From sequence record JX128259: DNA of 64,000 nucleotides. One strand, 5' to 3'. The notes beneath the pieces were generated by a model that was not told the DNA's origin, ran no database searches, and was given only the letters and a program-made list of their open reading frames with translations. This document shows, piece after piece, positions 18,151 to 26,400 of this stretch (the stretch's first letter is position 1; every line of letters begins with the position of its first letter). The DNA comes from Escherichia phage ECML-134. Both the position numbers and the translations under genes were made by a program.

Positions 18151-19119
18151 TTATTTCAGAAGAGTAACCGTAGCAATTTCTTCCCAATGATTTTTGTCGG
18201 TCATAATAAAGTCAGCAAGATAAAGAGCAGTACGCAGTGAAACATTGCGTAAACGGTTAACATTGACTTTCATCCATGATAATGCTTTATAAGTTTCTTC
18301 ATCAGAAAGACCGCGCTTTTGCATCATGTCGGTTGAAAGAATAACATCTTCAACCCTGACCATAATTTCTTCATTAGTGTGAACACCCAAATCCAAATAA
18401 ACTGAGCGGGACACTAATGCTTGTAAATGTGGAGCAAGTTTAGTACCACGGTCTAATTCGCGGTCAATATCAACGTTTGTGATAAAAACAATCGTTCCTT
18501 TAAATTCAAACTCACGCTCAATGCCTTTTTCTTCTAAGTAAGAAGATGCGGTGCTCCAGCAGACTTTACGGGTCTCTCCAGTGTCCAGAGCAGCTTTCAG
18601 AAGATTAAGAATGTCCATATCAGAGAAAACATCCACATCATCAATCAAAAGGACAGAATTCTCTTCACGATTATTCCAAAGCTGTTCATAAAGACCGATA
18701 CCAGAGATTTTACCATTAATGCTTTTATACTCAATGTATCCAATATCATTTGCTTTATTTAAAGCTTTATCTAAAGAATACGTTTTACCAATACCCGCCG
18801 CACCAGAGATAATTAATGAACGAATGTTTCCGTTAATAATACCATTCGTCATCATTCCCATAACATTAAATCTTTTATTAATGCGGGTTTTCATATCTTC
18901 ATATGATTCTTTAACTTCTTCAACTTTTACACCATCATATGAAATGTCTGATTTGTAAACCCAAACACCGCGACGCTTACCGTCAATTTCAACAAAAACT
19001 TTACCATCTCCTTGTGCATCTACCGGAGCATTATCTGGGAACCATTCACCTAAGAGCTCAAAAGTTCCAGAGATTTCTTTACCGAAGTAGATACCCTTAT
19101 TGATAGTTACAGTTTTCAT
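18151..19119 (-). CDS. P-loop NTPase (AAA-like ATPase)
   Basis: Walker A SGAAGIGKTYS and Walker B VLLIDDVD; start at MKTVTIN after ggagaataaa RBS. Confidence 0.65.
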   Translation of the reverse strand: MKTVTINKGIYFGKEISGTFELLGEWFPDNAPVDAQGDGKVFVEIDGKRRGVWVYKSDISYDGVKVEEVKESYEDMKTRINKRFNVMGMMTNGIINGNIRSLIISGAAGIGKTYSLDKALNKANDIGYIEYKSINGKISGIGLYEQLWNNREENSVLLIDDVDVFSDMDILNLLKAALDTGETRKVCWSTASSYLEEKGIEREFEFKGTIVFITNVDIDRELDRGTKLAPHLQALVSRSVYLDLGVHTNEEIMVRVEDVILSTDMMQKRGLSDEETYKALSWMKVNVNRLRNVSLRTALYLADFIMTDKNHWEEIATVTLLK

Positions 19120-19166
19120 TTTATTCTCCAATCTCACATTTGTTTTGATAGGGTAATAGTATCACA
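19111..19166 (-). repeat. Promoter-leader cassette, copy A (about 55 nt, near-identical to 39065-39119)
   Basis: ttttcattttattctccaatctcacatttgttttgatagggtaatagtatcac versus the same string with one mismatch at 39065-39119. Confidence 0.7.
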
Positions 19167-19195
19167 CTACTACCCTTCTGTAAACAATTTATTTT
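19145..19195 (-). promoter_or_regulatory. Early promoter with stem-loop, upstream of the ATPase gene
   Basis: tgtaaaca at 19179-19186; -10 region inside hairpin gggtaatagt...actactaccc. Confidence 0.5.
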
Positions 19196-19452
19196 AACGT
19201 TCGCCAAATTTTTACTGCTTCACGGCGAGATACTTCTACAGCTCCAAGTTCTACAGCTTTTTGGCGTCGGCGAGCGTGTAAGTCATAATGTTTAATGCGT
19301 TTATCTTGAAACCAAGAACGTTTCATTCCTATTGCTTCTGCCATTTCATGAAGCTCTTCAATATCTCCATCAGTGAACATATGACAATTTTTAGTTGGAT
19401 GACCGCGAAGTTTCCATCCATGATTCATTAAAACATCTACGTAAACTGTCAT
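19189..19452 (-). CDS. Hypothetical conserved small protein
   Basis: 87 aa ORF with His/Cys residues (HGW...CHMF); 4-nt overlap with upstream ORF. Confidence 0.45.
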   Translation of the reverse strand: MTVYVDVLMNHGWKLRGHPTKNCHMFTDGDIEELHEMAEAIGMKRSWFQDKRIKHYDLHARRRQKAVELGAVEVSRREAVKIWRTLK

Positions 19453-19598
19453 TGATTCTTCTCCAAATAAGTTTCGATAATTTTCTGAGCGAGATAAACT
19501 GCATTATCTTCAGTTGCATCTTCTAAGAAACTTTCAAAACACTCTGAAATTTCTTCTGTGTCAATCAACTTTTTTACTTCAATTGGTGTAATTTTCAT
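19449..19598 (-). CDS. Hypothetical small acidic protein
   Basis: Start at MKITPIEVKK after an early promoter at 19625-19672. Confidence 0.35.
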   Translation of the reverse strand: MKITPIEVKKLIDTEEISECFESFLEDATEDNAVYLAQKIIETYLEKNQ

Positions 19599-19624
19599 TT
19601 TGTTTTTCCGTTTAAGTGTTTGTT

Positions 19625-19672
19625 TTGATAGTTGTATAGTACCATAAAGCTTTATGCTTGTAAACAATTTTG
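19625..19672 (-). promoter_or_regulatory. Early promoter
   Basis: tgtaaaca at 19659-19666 plus gatagttgtatagtacca. Confidence 0.5.
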
Positions 19673-19689
19673 TGAAAAATTTTTGAAAT

Positions 19690-19713
19690 AAAAAAGGGAG
19701 CCCGAAGGCTCCC
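19690..19713 (-). terminator. Intrinsic terminator after the nucleotidyltransferase gene
   Basis: Reverse strand GGGAGCC-ttcg-GGCTCCC followed by TTTTTT. Confidence 0.6.
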
Positions 19714-19715
19714 TA

Positions 19716-20729
19716 TCATTTATAATAACTTCGGTGGTTTTCAAGATAAACCCTCTCAAGGAAGTCATCCCAGAAACCCATGTCTACTTTTTGCTGCATA
19801 CCGTTCTTAGAAGCTTCAGTAGATGCTGCTTCTACTTGATCGACCACATCTTCCAAAAACTCTTGAACTGTTTTAAATGGATGTTTACCCAACTTCACGT
19901 CGAGAATAAATGGAGCATCTTGAAGTGGATAAACCAAGTCACCAGTTTTGTAAATTTCCAATAGTTGGAGTCCACCACGGCAAGCATGACTCAAAGCTTT
20001 CCAGTCAATACCTTCATTGGCTTCGGCCTTACGAGCGCGTTCACCATATTCAGCATCTAATTTGTTCAGTGACTGCTTAAGCTCAATAAGAGAAAGAGTT
20101 GTCTGATATTTACGACCCAACACAGTGTAGAACGTTTGTGGGCCTGTTTTCTCATGATTATGGAACACCCATTCACAGAATTCGTTTTCTGGAAGACGAT
20201 GCTTAATATCTTCAACTTTAGTACGACGCTGCTTAATGGAACCGTCTTCTTGGTAATCAACCCATTGCTCAGGGATTTGATTAACTACTTTCAATACATC
20301 ACGTAATGCAGCCAAACGAGAACCCTTGACGCCGTATTTAGAAGCTTGCTTGCGGACATATCCTAAATATGATTTCATGTTAGTCGTATAAAAACGAGAA
20401 CGGTTGTCTTGAATAAACTTCCACACATCAGGCAAATCAGATTTAACCACCAGTTCAGGTGGAGTGTGAAGCATATCCAATGCTACAGTTTCACCATCTG
20501 CTGCTAATTTAAAGAAATACTTAAGACTATACAATTCGTGGTCAATATCATCTTTAGTGTTTTTAGATGATGTGTTGTTGGTGTTTTTACTCATGTGCTC
20601 TTTGACATTTCCGATAAGAATATCGCGAGCAGGAGGAACAAAAATTTCTTTAAAATCTACATCAGATTCTGGAGTAGAAGTTCCATAAAGATGACTACCA
20701 AAATAGCTTTTCATTACTGTTTTCATCAT
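19716..20729 (-). CDS. Pol-beta superfamily nucleotidyltransferase, function unknown
   Basis: 337 aa; N-terminal GS-x11-DVD motif (YFGSHLYGTSTPESDVDF) and downstream acidic strand (VALDMLH); helical C-terminal region; ATGA overlap with upstream gene. Confidence 0.6.
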   Translation of the reverse strand: MMKTVMKSYFGSHLYGTSTPESDVDFKEIFVPPARDILIGNVKEHMSKNTNNTSSKNTKDDIDHELYSLKYFFKLAADGETVALDMLHTPPELVVKSDLPDVWKFIQDNRSRFYTTNMKSYLGYVRKQASKYGVKGSRLAALRDVLKVVNQIPEQWVDYQEDGSIKQRRTKVEDIKHRLPENEFCEWVFHNHEKTGPQTFYTVLGRKYQTTLSLIELKQSLNKLDAEYGERARKAEANEGIDWKALSHACRGGLQLLEIYKTGDLVYPLQDAPFILDVKLGKHPFKTVQEFLEDVVDQVEAASTEASKNGMQQKVDMGFWDDFLERVYLENHRSYYK

Positions 20730-21187
20730 TCAGCCTTATATTCAATAACAGGACATACTTTAGCTTTACGGGCTTTTAAAAATTCGACGATAATAGATTT
20801 CTTGGGTTGAATAGGAGGTAAACCTTTATACGCCCTATCAATATTTTCTACATGTAAAGCATAATCCTTTTTCCATTTATAATCTTTATATTTTTCATGC
20901 AGTTGTGCAGGAATAACAAATGAACCAATAATAAGTAAAACAAGCAAAATGGCAAATATAAATGCTGATGGAATAAGAGTCCATAAACTACCAAAAATAA
21001 TCCATTTCTGTATGATTTCTGCGCAGATGATAGTTAGACCTGTGAGTATAGTACATCCGAAAAAAGAAACGAAAAATGTAGGGATAACAATAGACCAAAA
21101 GTATGCACACAGTGTCTTAGGTCGTTTCCATTCATCATTAAACAGTTTGAATAATTTATAGTGCCAAGAGTTTTCATTAATAATCAT
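20726..21187 (-). CDS. Hypothetical integral membrane protein
   Basis: 153 aa; about three hydrophobic helices; coupled to the nucleotidyltransferase gene. Confidence 0.55.
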   Translation of the reverse strand: MIINENSWHYKLFKLFNDEWKRPKTLCAYFWSIVIPTFFVSFFGCTILTGLTIICAEIIQKWIIFGSLWTLIPSAFIFAILLVLLIIGSFVIPAQLHEKYKDYKWKKDYALHVENIDRAYKGLPPIQPKKSIIVEFLKARKAKVCPVIEYKAE

Positions 21188-21189
21188 AA

Positions 21190-21711
21190 TTATCCTTTCA
21201 TTGAAGGTGTAACAGTTGTTAAATACTTAATCATAGCTTCAGCTTCTGATTTTGATAATGAAATTTCTCCATTGTTTTGACGAATAGAAATAAAATCCGG
21301 ATGACGGTCACCACCAGCTTTTAAAACACACATATAAGTATCAGTTTCATCTTCAATATCTGAAATGATTGAAGCAGTTCCACATGAATGTGGTTTTTGA
21401 TAAATCAATACAGCTTTTCTTCCACCGTTTGACTGTTCATAAACTTTTAACACATCAAACAAATCGCTTCTTTTATCAATAGCTAAGATGTTGTTTTCAT
21501 CTTCAATATTAAATCCTTCGGATACTTCATAAAGTGTCACCCATAAATCACCTATATCGATAGTAGCATTTCCTTTTCCACGACTTTCAAGAATATGACA
21601 AATTTTCTTGATTTCGTCATAACTCATTTTAATAATATCATCTCCTTGAATAAGGAAGATGTCATTTTTAAATTCAACATGAATTAAACCACTTCCACTT
21701 GAAATAAACAT
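21190..21711 (-). CDS. Hypothetical protein, paralog of 21718..22275
   Basis: 173 aa; C-terminal ISIRQNNGEISLSKSEAEAMIKYLTTVTPSM resembles the neighbour's C-terminus. Confidence 0.55.
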   Translation of the reverse strand: MFISSGSGLIHVEFKNDIFLIQGDDIIKMSYDEIKKICHILESRGKGNATIDIGDLWVTLYEVSEGFNIEDENNILAIDKRSDLFDVLKVYEQSNGGRKAVLIYQKPHSCGTASIISDIEDETDTYMCVLKAGGDRHPDFISIRQNNGEISLSKSEAEAMIKYLTTVTPSMKG

Positions 21712-21717
21712 ATTTCC

Positions 21718-22275
21718 TCACTTTGAAATCATAGTTGGAATGACAGAATCAAGATAAGTCTTTAGCGCAATAGCTTCGTCTTTGGTAAATGTGACAATAT
21801 GCGATCGAAAATCATCAATTTGACGAATAGTTAAGACATCACCATCTTCATAGCATTTTGATACGTTTAAAACAGTTTCATCATTTTGATTGCAAGCGTT
21901 AGTAATAATAGCATTGCAATTTTTGAGCCATTTTAAACTATGTTTTCTTTCATTAGAATAATAAAAATATTTAATCTTATCTATAAAACTATCCCAATGG
22001 ATAACTGATAAACACATTGACTCACTTTTAATATTAAATCCTGGGCATGAAGAATAAAAATGAATTTTGTGCTCATCATTGATGCTTACTATTTTATCAG
22101 TATAAGGATATTCAATTTGGGTTAAATGAATGATTTCGCTAGGAGTAAAATATAGCATATCGTCTTCTTGTGTCAAACGATACATATTATTTACTTTTTC
22201 TATAGCTAATTCACCAAAAAGCGGACTAACTTCTAATACTAATCGTTTCATATTGATTCTCTTCGACTCACTCAC
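21718..22275 (-). CDS. Hypothetical protein, paralog of 21190..21711
   Basis: 185 aa; C-terminal LTIRQIDDFRSHIVTFTKDEAIALKTYLDSVIPTM; first gene after promoter region 22276-22440; track start codon may be GTG. Confidence 0.5.
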   Translation of the reverse strand: MSESKRINMKRLVLEVSPLFGELAIEKVNNMYRLTQEDDMLYFTPSEIIHLTQIEYPYTDKIVSINDEHKIHFYSSCPGFNIKSESMCLSVIHWDSFIDKIKYFYYSNERKHSLKWLKNCNAIITNACNQNDETVLNVSKCYEDGDVLTIRQIDDFRSHIVTFTKDEAIALKTYLDSVIPTMISK

Positions 22276-22404
22276 AATTACATACTCCTTTGAATAATAT
22301 CAATAATGTTGTTCACCAGATTATAAGTAAACATTGGATAATTATATTGAATCATCACATACACAACAAACAAAACTTTCATTCTCTTCTCCTTGGCAGT
22401 TGAC

Positions 22405-22445
22405 AAGATTACTATATCATAACCTTGCCAACTTGTAAACCATTA
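22405..22445 (-). promoter_or_regulatory. Early promoter upstream of the four-gene operon
   Basis: Reverse strand GTTTACA -17 nt- TATAGT (plus coordinates 22434-22440 and 22411-22416). Confidence 0.5.
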
Positions 22446-22616
22446 AATGACGTTTTCAATAAAATTCTGAAGCTTTGGGTGAGCATCAACCATGATTTTC
22501 ATTTCTTCCTTTGCGAAAGCTGTACCTCTTTCCCTAGCAGAATACTCATAGTCAGAAACTGCATTAGCATATTCTTCAATTAGCTTCATTAAAAACATCT
22601 GCTTTTCAGTTTTCAT
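22443..22616 (-). CDS. Small hypothetical protein (57 aa)
   Basis: Own reading: MKTEKQMFLMKLIEEYANAVSDYEYSARERGTAFAKEEMKIMVDAHPKLQNFIENVI; below ORF-track cutoff. Confidence 0.3.
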   Translation of the reverse strand: MKTEKQMFLMKLIEEYANAVSDYEYSARERGTAFAKEEMKIMVDAHPKLQNFIENVI

Positions 22617-22800
22617 TATTCCACCTAATCATTTCAAGATATTGAACTAACTTAGCTTTGGATTTATCCAAATCCTTTTTAGCTGCTTCTATACCATCGT
22701 ATGAGTATCCTTCACAATGCTCAACTGCTAATTGGTATGAATCTATTTCAATATCACGTGCTAATTTAATGATTTTTTCAAACTGTTCACTTGTCAGCAT
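22606..22800 (-). CDS. Hypothetical small protein
   Basis: 64 aa acidic ORF. Confidence 0.4.
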   Translation of the reverse strand: MLTSEQFEKIIKLARDIEIDSYQLAVEHCEGYSYDGIEAAKKDLDKSKAKLVQYLEMIRWNNEN

Positions 22801-22802
22801 AC

Positions 22803-23006
22803 TTAAACTCTCGTATTATGATCGATAATTTCATCAAGAAACATATCTAAAGCTTCTACAGCATTATCAACTTTAGCTTCAAGTTCTTCAGCGCCTTTAT
22901 TTGCAATGCCTGCCGAAAACCAAGCAAAGTCACTAAGTTCCTCATCTGCTTTGCGAATTAAAGCTACCAATTCTTTAATTTTATCTGCTTGTTCAATGCT
23001 AGTCAT
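22803..23006 (-). CDS. Hypothetical small acidic protein
   Basis: Internal start MTSIEQ gives a TAATG junction with the upstream ORF. Confidence 0.4.
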   Translation of the reverse strand: MTSIEQADKIKELVALIRKADEELSDFAWFSAGIANKGAEELEAKVDNAVEALDMFLDEIIDHNTRV

Positions 23007-23194
23007 TATTCCACCACATATGAAAGAGAGAATATTGCACACGCCATATGAGTTGCAGCTTCATCACACATATCATAACTTTCCTTAAGAAGTTCTACAA
23101 GTTCTTCACTAGTAACTTCATCCATGTCGACGAAAAAATCACCATTAATGATGACGTAGATATTTCCTTCTTGATTAAGTGCTTCAATTTTCAT
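23006..23194 (-). CDS. Hypothetical small acidic protein
   Basis: Start MKIEALNQ after aagaggag RBS; early promoter at 23215-23255. Confidence 0.4.
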   Translation of the reverse strand: MKIEALNQEGNIYVIINGDFFVDMDEVTSEELVELLKESYDMCDEAATHMACAIFSLSYVVE

Positions 23195-23214
23195 GATGTT
23201 CTCCTCTTTATCCG

Positions 23215-23255
23215 ATAGTTGTATAGTATCACAGCTCAAATGGAAAGTAAACCGG
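23215..23255 (-). promoter_or_regulatory. Early promoter
   Basis: gtaaac at 23247-23252 and atagtatcac -10 region. Confidence 0.5.
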
Positions 23256-23261
23256 TAAAAT

Positions 23262-23284
23262 GAAAAAAGTCTCCCGAAGGAGAC
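23262..23284 (-). terminator. Intrinsic terminator
   Basis: Reverse strand hairpin GTCTCC-ttcg-GGAGAC followed by TTTTTT. Confidence 0.55.
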
Positions 23285-23289
23285 TAATG

Positions 23290-23676
23290 TTATTCGAGGG
23301 AAAGAAGATATTTACTCTGGTAAAACATCCCAGTAATATCATCTATCGTGCTTTGAATGGCTGGAGGCATTTCTTTATAAATGCTGTTAGATTGGTCTAG
23401 TATGCGATCAATCATTTTAATTGTGTCGGTAGGAAGTTTACTGGCATCTGGAATAGAAGGCGTGTATTTTCTACCAGAATACCCCAAATATTGCTCACCA
23501 AATTTATCAATCAAATCTGGCAACTCAGAGAAAATAAAATCGTATGCTTTGTGTCTAGCATAACTTTTAGTTTCAAAATGCGCAGAATGAAAATAAGCTT
23601 GTGCAGCCATTAATAAACCTAAGTATTCATCTGCCTTTGAAGGTTTTCCACTTTGTGAAAAGTCGCTGAATTTCAT
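23290..23676 (-). CDS. Hypothetical protein (rI.-1-like position)
   Basis: 128 aa; 4-nt overlap with rI; terminator hairpin downstream. Confidence 0.5.
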   Translation of the reverse strand: MKFSDFSQSGKPSKADEYLGLLMAAQAYFHSAHFETKSYARHKAYDFIFSELPDLIDKFGEQYLGYSGRKYTPSIPDASKLPTDTIKMIDRILDQSNSIYKEMPPAIQSTIDDITGMFYQSKYLLSLE

Positions 23677-23966
23677 TCAGTCTCCAATTTAATGTTCATA
23701 ATTCTAGCGTATGATTGTGCCATCTCCGCGCCTCGCTCTATACATTCAAAATCGGAAGAGCACGGGTCATTTTTATAAGTCGTTCGCATAAAACTATAGA
23801 ACTGTTCAGATGATTCTACGCTTTTATTTTCAAAAAGCATATAAACGTGTCTAATACCAGATTCCATAAATTTATCAAAATGAGGATCGACATTCGCTTC
23901 AATTGGTGGAGATAAAGCAAACGCTAATCCTAGCATGGCAAATAGTGCCGTTGCTTTTAAGGCCAT
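23673..23966 (-). CDS. rI: Lysis-inhibition regulator rI
   Basis: 97 aa; N-terminal signal-anchor MALKATALFAMLGLAFALS; matches recalled T4 rI in sequence and length. Confidence 0.75.
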   Translation of the reverse strand: MALKATALFAMLGLAFALSPPIEANVDPHFDKFMESGIRHVYMLFENKSVESSEQFYSFMRTTYKNDPCSSDFECIERGAEMAQSYARIMNIKLETE

Positions 23967-23978
23967 AAAGGCCTCCTA

Positions 23979-24191
23979 TCATTTTTGTCCTGTATTTACT
24001 TTATGCCGATGCACGGCCTTAACTTTATCAAGGTATTTTTCAAAATTTCGCAATCTAGTATAGTCTGCCGGAGATTGGTTGAGTGATACTTCTCGACGCA
24101 AAGCTGAAATGATATTTCCAACTTCCCTACGAATTTCATCTAATTGAAGAACAGTAAGATTGCGAAGTTGCTTTTCAGTTAATTGTAGCAT
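23979..24191 (-). CDS. Hypothetical protein (rI.1-like position)
   Basis: 70 aa basic ORF between tk and rI. Confidence 0.45.
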
Positions 24192-24233
24192 ATATACCCC
24201 TTTAGTTAGATAAACCTATTTATAACTTTTGCA

Positions 24234-24815
24234 CTAACCGAGCTTTTTAGTTAATTCATTCCAATGTTTTCTACACAAAGAAACATAAATTTCATCACCA
24301 ATACAGATTTGATTACCTTCTTTAACTGGTGTTCCATCTTCCATTAATCGAGCTGTCATAATCGCTTTTTTGCCACAATGACAAACTGCTTTTAGTTCAA
24401 TAAGTTTATCTGCAATCGCCAAAAGTTCTTTAGAACCTTCAAATAATTTTCCAGCGAAATCAGTCCTTAGTCCATAAGCCATAACAGGAACATTATATGT
24501 ATCAACAATTCGGCTTAATTGATGCACCTGTTTAGTTTTTAAAAACTGGGCTTCATCTACAAATACACAATGAATATCTTTTTGTGCTTCAGCCCATTTA
24601 TAGAACTCAAAAATATCCATATCATCCGTAATAATATTCGCTTCCTGCTTAATTCCAATGCGAGAAACGACTTCACAGACAGAATCACGAGTATCAATAG
24701 CAGGCTTAAGAACTAATACACCCATTCCGCGTTCTTTATAATTATGTGCAGCAGTCAAAAGAGAAGCAGATTTTCCAGCATTCATTGCTGCGTAAGTAAA
24801 AATTAAACTCGCCAT
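24234..24815 (-). CDS. tk: Thymidine kinase
   Basis: 193 aa; P-loop MNAGKS and C-terminal zinc motif CHCGKKA...C; matches T4 tk length. Confidence 0.9.
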   Translation of the reverse strand: MASLIFTYAAMNAGKSASLLTAAHNYKERGMGVLVLKPAIDTRDSVCEVVSRIGIKQEANIITDDMDIFEFYKWAEAQKDIHCVFVDEAQFLKTKQVHQLSRIVDTYNVPVMAYGLRTDFAGKLFEGSKELLAIADKLIELKAVCHCGKKAIMTARLMEDGTPVKEGNQICIGDEIYVSLCRKHWNELTKKLG

Positions 24816-24824
24816 ATCACCTTC

Positions 24825-25010
24825 TTAAAGCGTATTCACATAAGCTATTAATTCGTTTTCTTTCTTATCAAACCGATCAGCAAATTCTTCTTGCTGATCG
24901 GGAGATAGCGGGCCATATTCATCATAAAAGGTGTTTGCTTCTGTATGCTCATCTAGAAGTTCATGGATAAGCTCAAACAATTTATCTTTTTGTTCTTTAC
25001 TCAGACTCAT
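24825..25010 (-). CDS. Hypothetical small acidic protein
   Basis: 61 aa ORF. Confidence 0.4.
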   Translation of the reverse strand: MSLSKEQKDKLFELIHELLDEHTEANTFYDEYGPLSPDQQEEFADRFDKKENELIAYVNTL

Positions 25011-25180
25011 ATATTAATTTCCAGGAGTTTTAAAATAATTCTCTTTTGCTTAAATATTTCCATAGTTAAATGATCAGTATCTTTTTGACCAATTCCAATA
25101 GCAAAACCTTTATTAGCAGCGAGTTCAATTAAATTATCAAGTTCACGTGACACTTCATATTGTAACTCAGAACTATTCAT
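25007..25180 (-). CDS. Small hypothetical protein (57 aa)
   Basis: Own reading: MNSSELQYEVSRELDNLIELAANKGFAIGIGQKDTDHLTMEIFKQKRIILKLLEINI; ATGA-type overlaps at both ends. Confidence 0.35.
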   Translation of the reverse strand: MNSSELQYEVSRELDNLIELAANKGFAIGIGQKDTDHLTMEIFKQKRIILKLLEINI

Positions 25181-25404
25181 TTCGGTTTACCTTCTTTAAC
25201 GAAATCTGGATAAGGATAAAATCCCGAATAAAATCCTTCACCTTTATGATTGATGCATCCTTTATTAGAACAATAGCACCAATAATCGAAATCACAAGCC
25301 ATTTCATCATTACATAAAGCAAAAACAACCGGCCATTTACACTTTTCACAATGGGCATTTTTAAGAATACTAGTTTGGCTCATAACCATGTAACCTTTAA
25401 ACAA
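25177..25404 (-). CDS. Cys-rich small protein (putative zinc-binding)
   Basis: 75 aa with 9 Cys/His in CxxC-like spacing; preferred over the overlapping 25173..25358 frame. Confidence 0.4.
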   Translation of the reverse strand: MFKGYMVMSQTSILKNAHCEKCKWPVVFALCNDEMACDFDYWCYCSNKGCINHKGEGFYSGFYPYPDFVKEGKPK

Positions 25405-25607
25405 TATTCTTCTACATGTTGTTTACGACCTTTCTTATCAATAAAGGTATATTCAACGAATGTTCCAATATAGTCTTTATCTACATCATGTGGACTATTA
25501 ATTGGACATTTAGTACGGCAAATGCGTTCCCATTGACGAATAATTTCCACTTTGTTTTTAGGATCAAACGGATGCGGGTAATGTATATTCATAATAACGG
25601 TTCCCAA
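25380..25607 (-). CDS. Hypothetical protein
   Basis: 75 aa ORF. Confidence 0.4.
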   Translation of the reverse strand: MGTVIMNIHYPHPFDPKNKVEIIRQWERICRTKCPINSPHDVDKDYIGTFVEYTFIDKKGRKQHVEEYCLKVTWL

Positions 25608-26056
25608 TCAACAATCACAATTTCTAATTTAGAGGAATATGTATCTAAAATATCTTTAATAATATCCCAGTTCCCTTTACCTATGCCTGCACCAATCCTA
25701 GGCATATAGATTGTAGGTTTAATCAGTTTATTTTCGCCAAACTCATTTAATTCTAACATACAATTCATTAAAGCGGAATACTCAAAATTTGGCCCTGGTT
25801 GAAATTGAGTATAAAGATTAAAGCAGTAAGCTTTATGAGTCCTAAAGTACTTTTCATAGACTGAGTAAGAACCGAGTTTAGTTACATCACCCCATTCAGT
25901 CTGTAATTTATCAACTTCTAGAATTTTAGGGAAAGCTTTAGTTAATTGACCTGCGACTCCAGCTTTCATCGCGTGAAAACAATTGCATCCATGCGCAATA
26001 TTTTTACCTTCAGCGAAAAGGGCGACAATATCGCCCTTGATATATTTTACAATCAT
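25589..26056 (-). CDS. Macro-domain (ADP-ribose-binding/processing) protein
   Basis: 155 aa; IKGDI...AHGCNCF...AGVAGQL...IGAGIGKG resembles macro-domain signature blocks. Confidence 0.55.
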   Translation of the reverse strand: MIVKYIKGDIVALFAEGKNIAHGCNCFHAMKAGVAGQLTKAFPKILEVDKLQTEWGDVTKLGSYSVYEKYFRTHKAYCFNLYTQFQPGPNFEYSALMNCMLELNEFGENKLIKPTIYMPRIGAGIGKGNWDIIKDILDTYSSKLEIVIVDWEPLL

Positions 26057-26400
26057 CTAGTACTCAATCCTCGATTATAAGAATCTACCAAACGGTCAAC
26101 CATTGAATGACAAGCGGCTTTATCTTTCTCCTCCGCAACTGAACATTCTAAGGTATTCCACTTTTTAGCATATCGTTTTAATAATGTATCGTTTTTGTAT
26201 CTGCTTGATTTATCTCTTTCTCCGTCTTTATATGCATATATTAATTTCTGTGCAAATTCAGCTTGGCATGCTTTATTTTTCCCACAATAATCTGCCGCAG
26301 TGCGGTTTACATATTCTCTAATTTCAGTATATGATGTATCTGCTGACGCAGAAGCAGAAAATGAAATTAATCCTATACATAAAACCAAAATTTTAGTCAT
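26053..26400 (-). CDS. vs: Secreted small protein; position and 115 aa length match T4 vs
   Basis: N-terminal signal peptide MTKILVLCIGLISFSASASA; symbol assigned from synteny and length only. Confidence 0.4.
   Translation of the reverse strand: MTKILVLCIGLISFSASASADTSYTEIREYVNRTAADYCGKNKACQAEFAQKLIYAYKDGERDKSSRYKNDTLLKRYAKKWNTLECSVAEEKDKAACHSMVDRLVDSYNRGLSTR

Noticed and set aside
22401-22430. Plus-strand TTGACA hexamer suggesting a plus-strand promoter
   Set aside because: No plus-strand gene downstream; the region fits a minus-strand GTTTACA/TATAGT early promoter instead
25173-25358. Minus-strand 61 aa ORF overlapping the Cys-rich ORF
   Set aside because: Alternative frame; the Cys-rich frame 25177..25404 has a more protein-like composition and ATGA coupling
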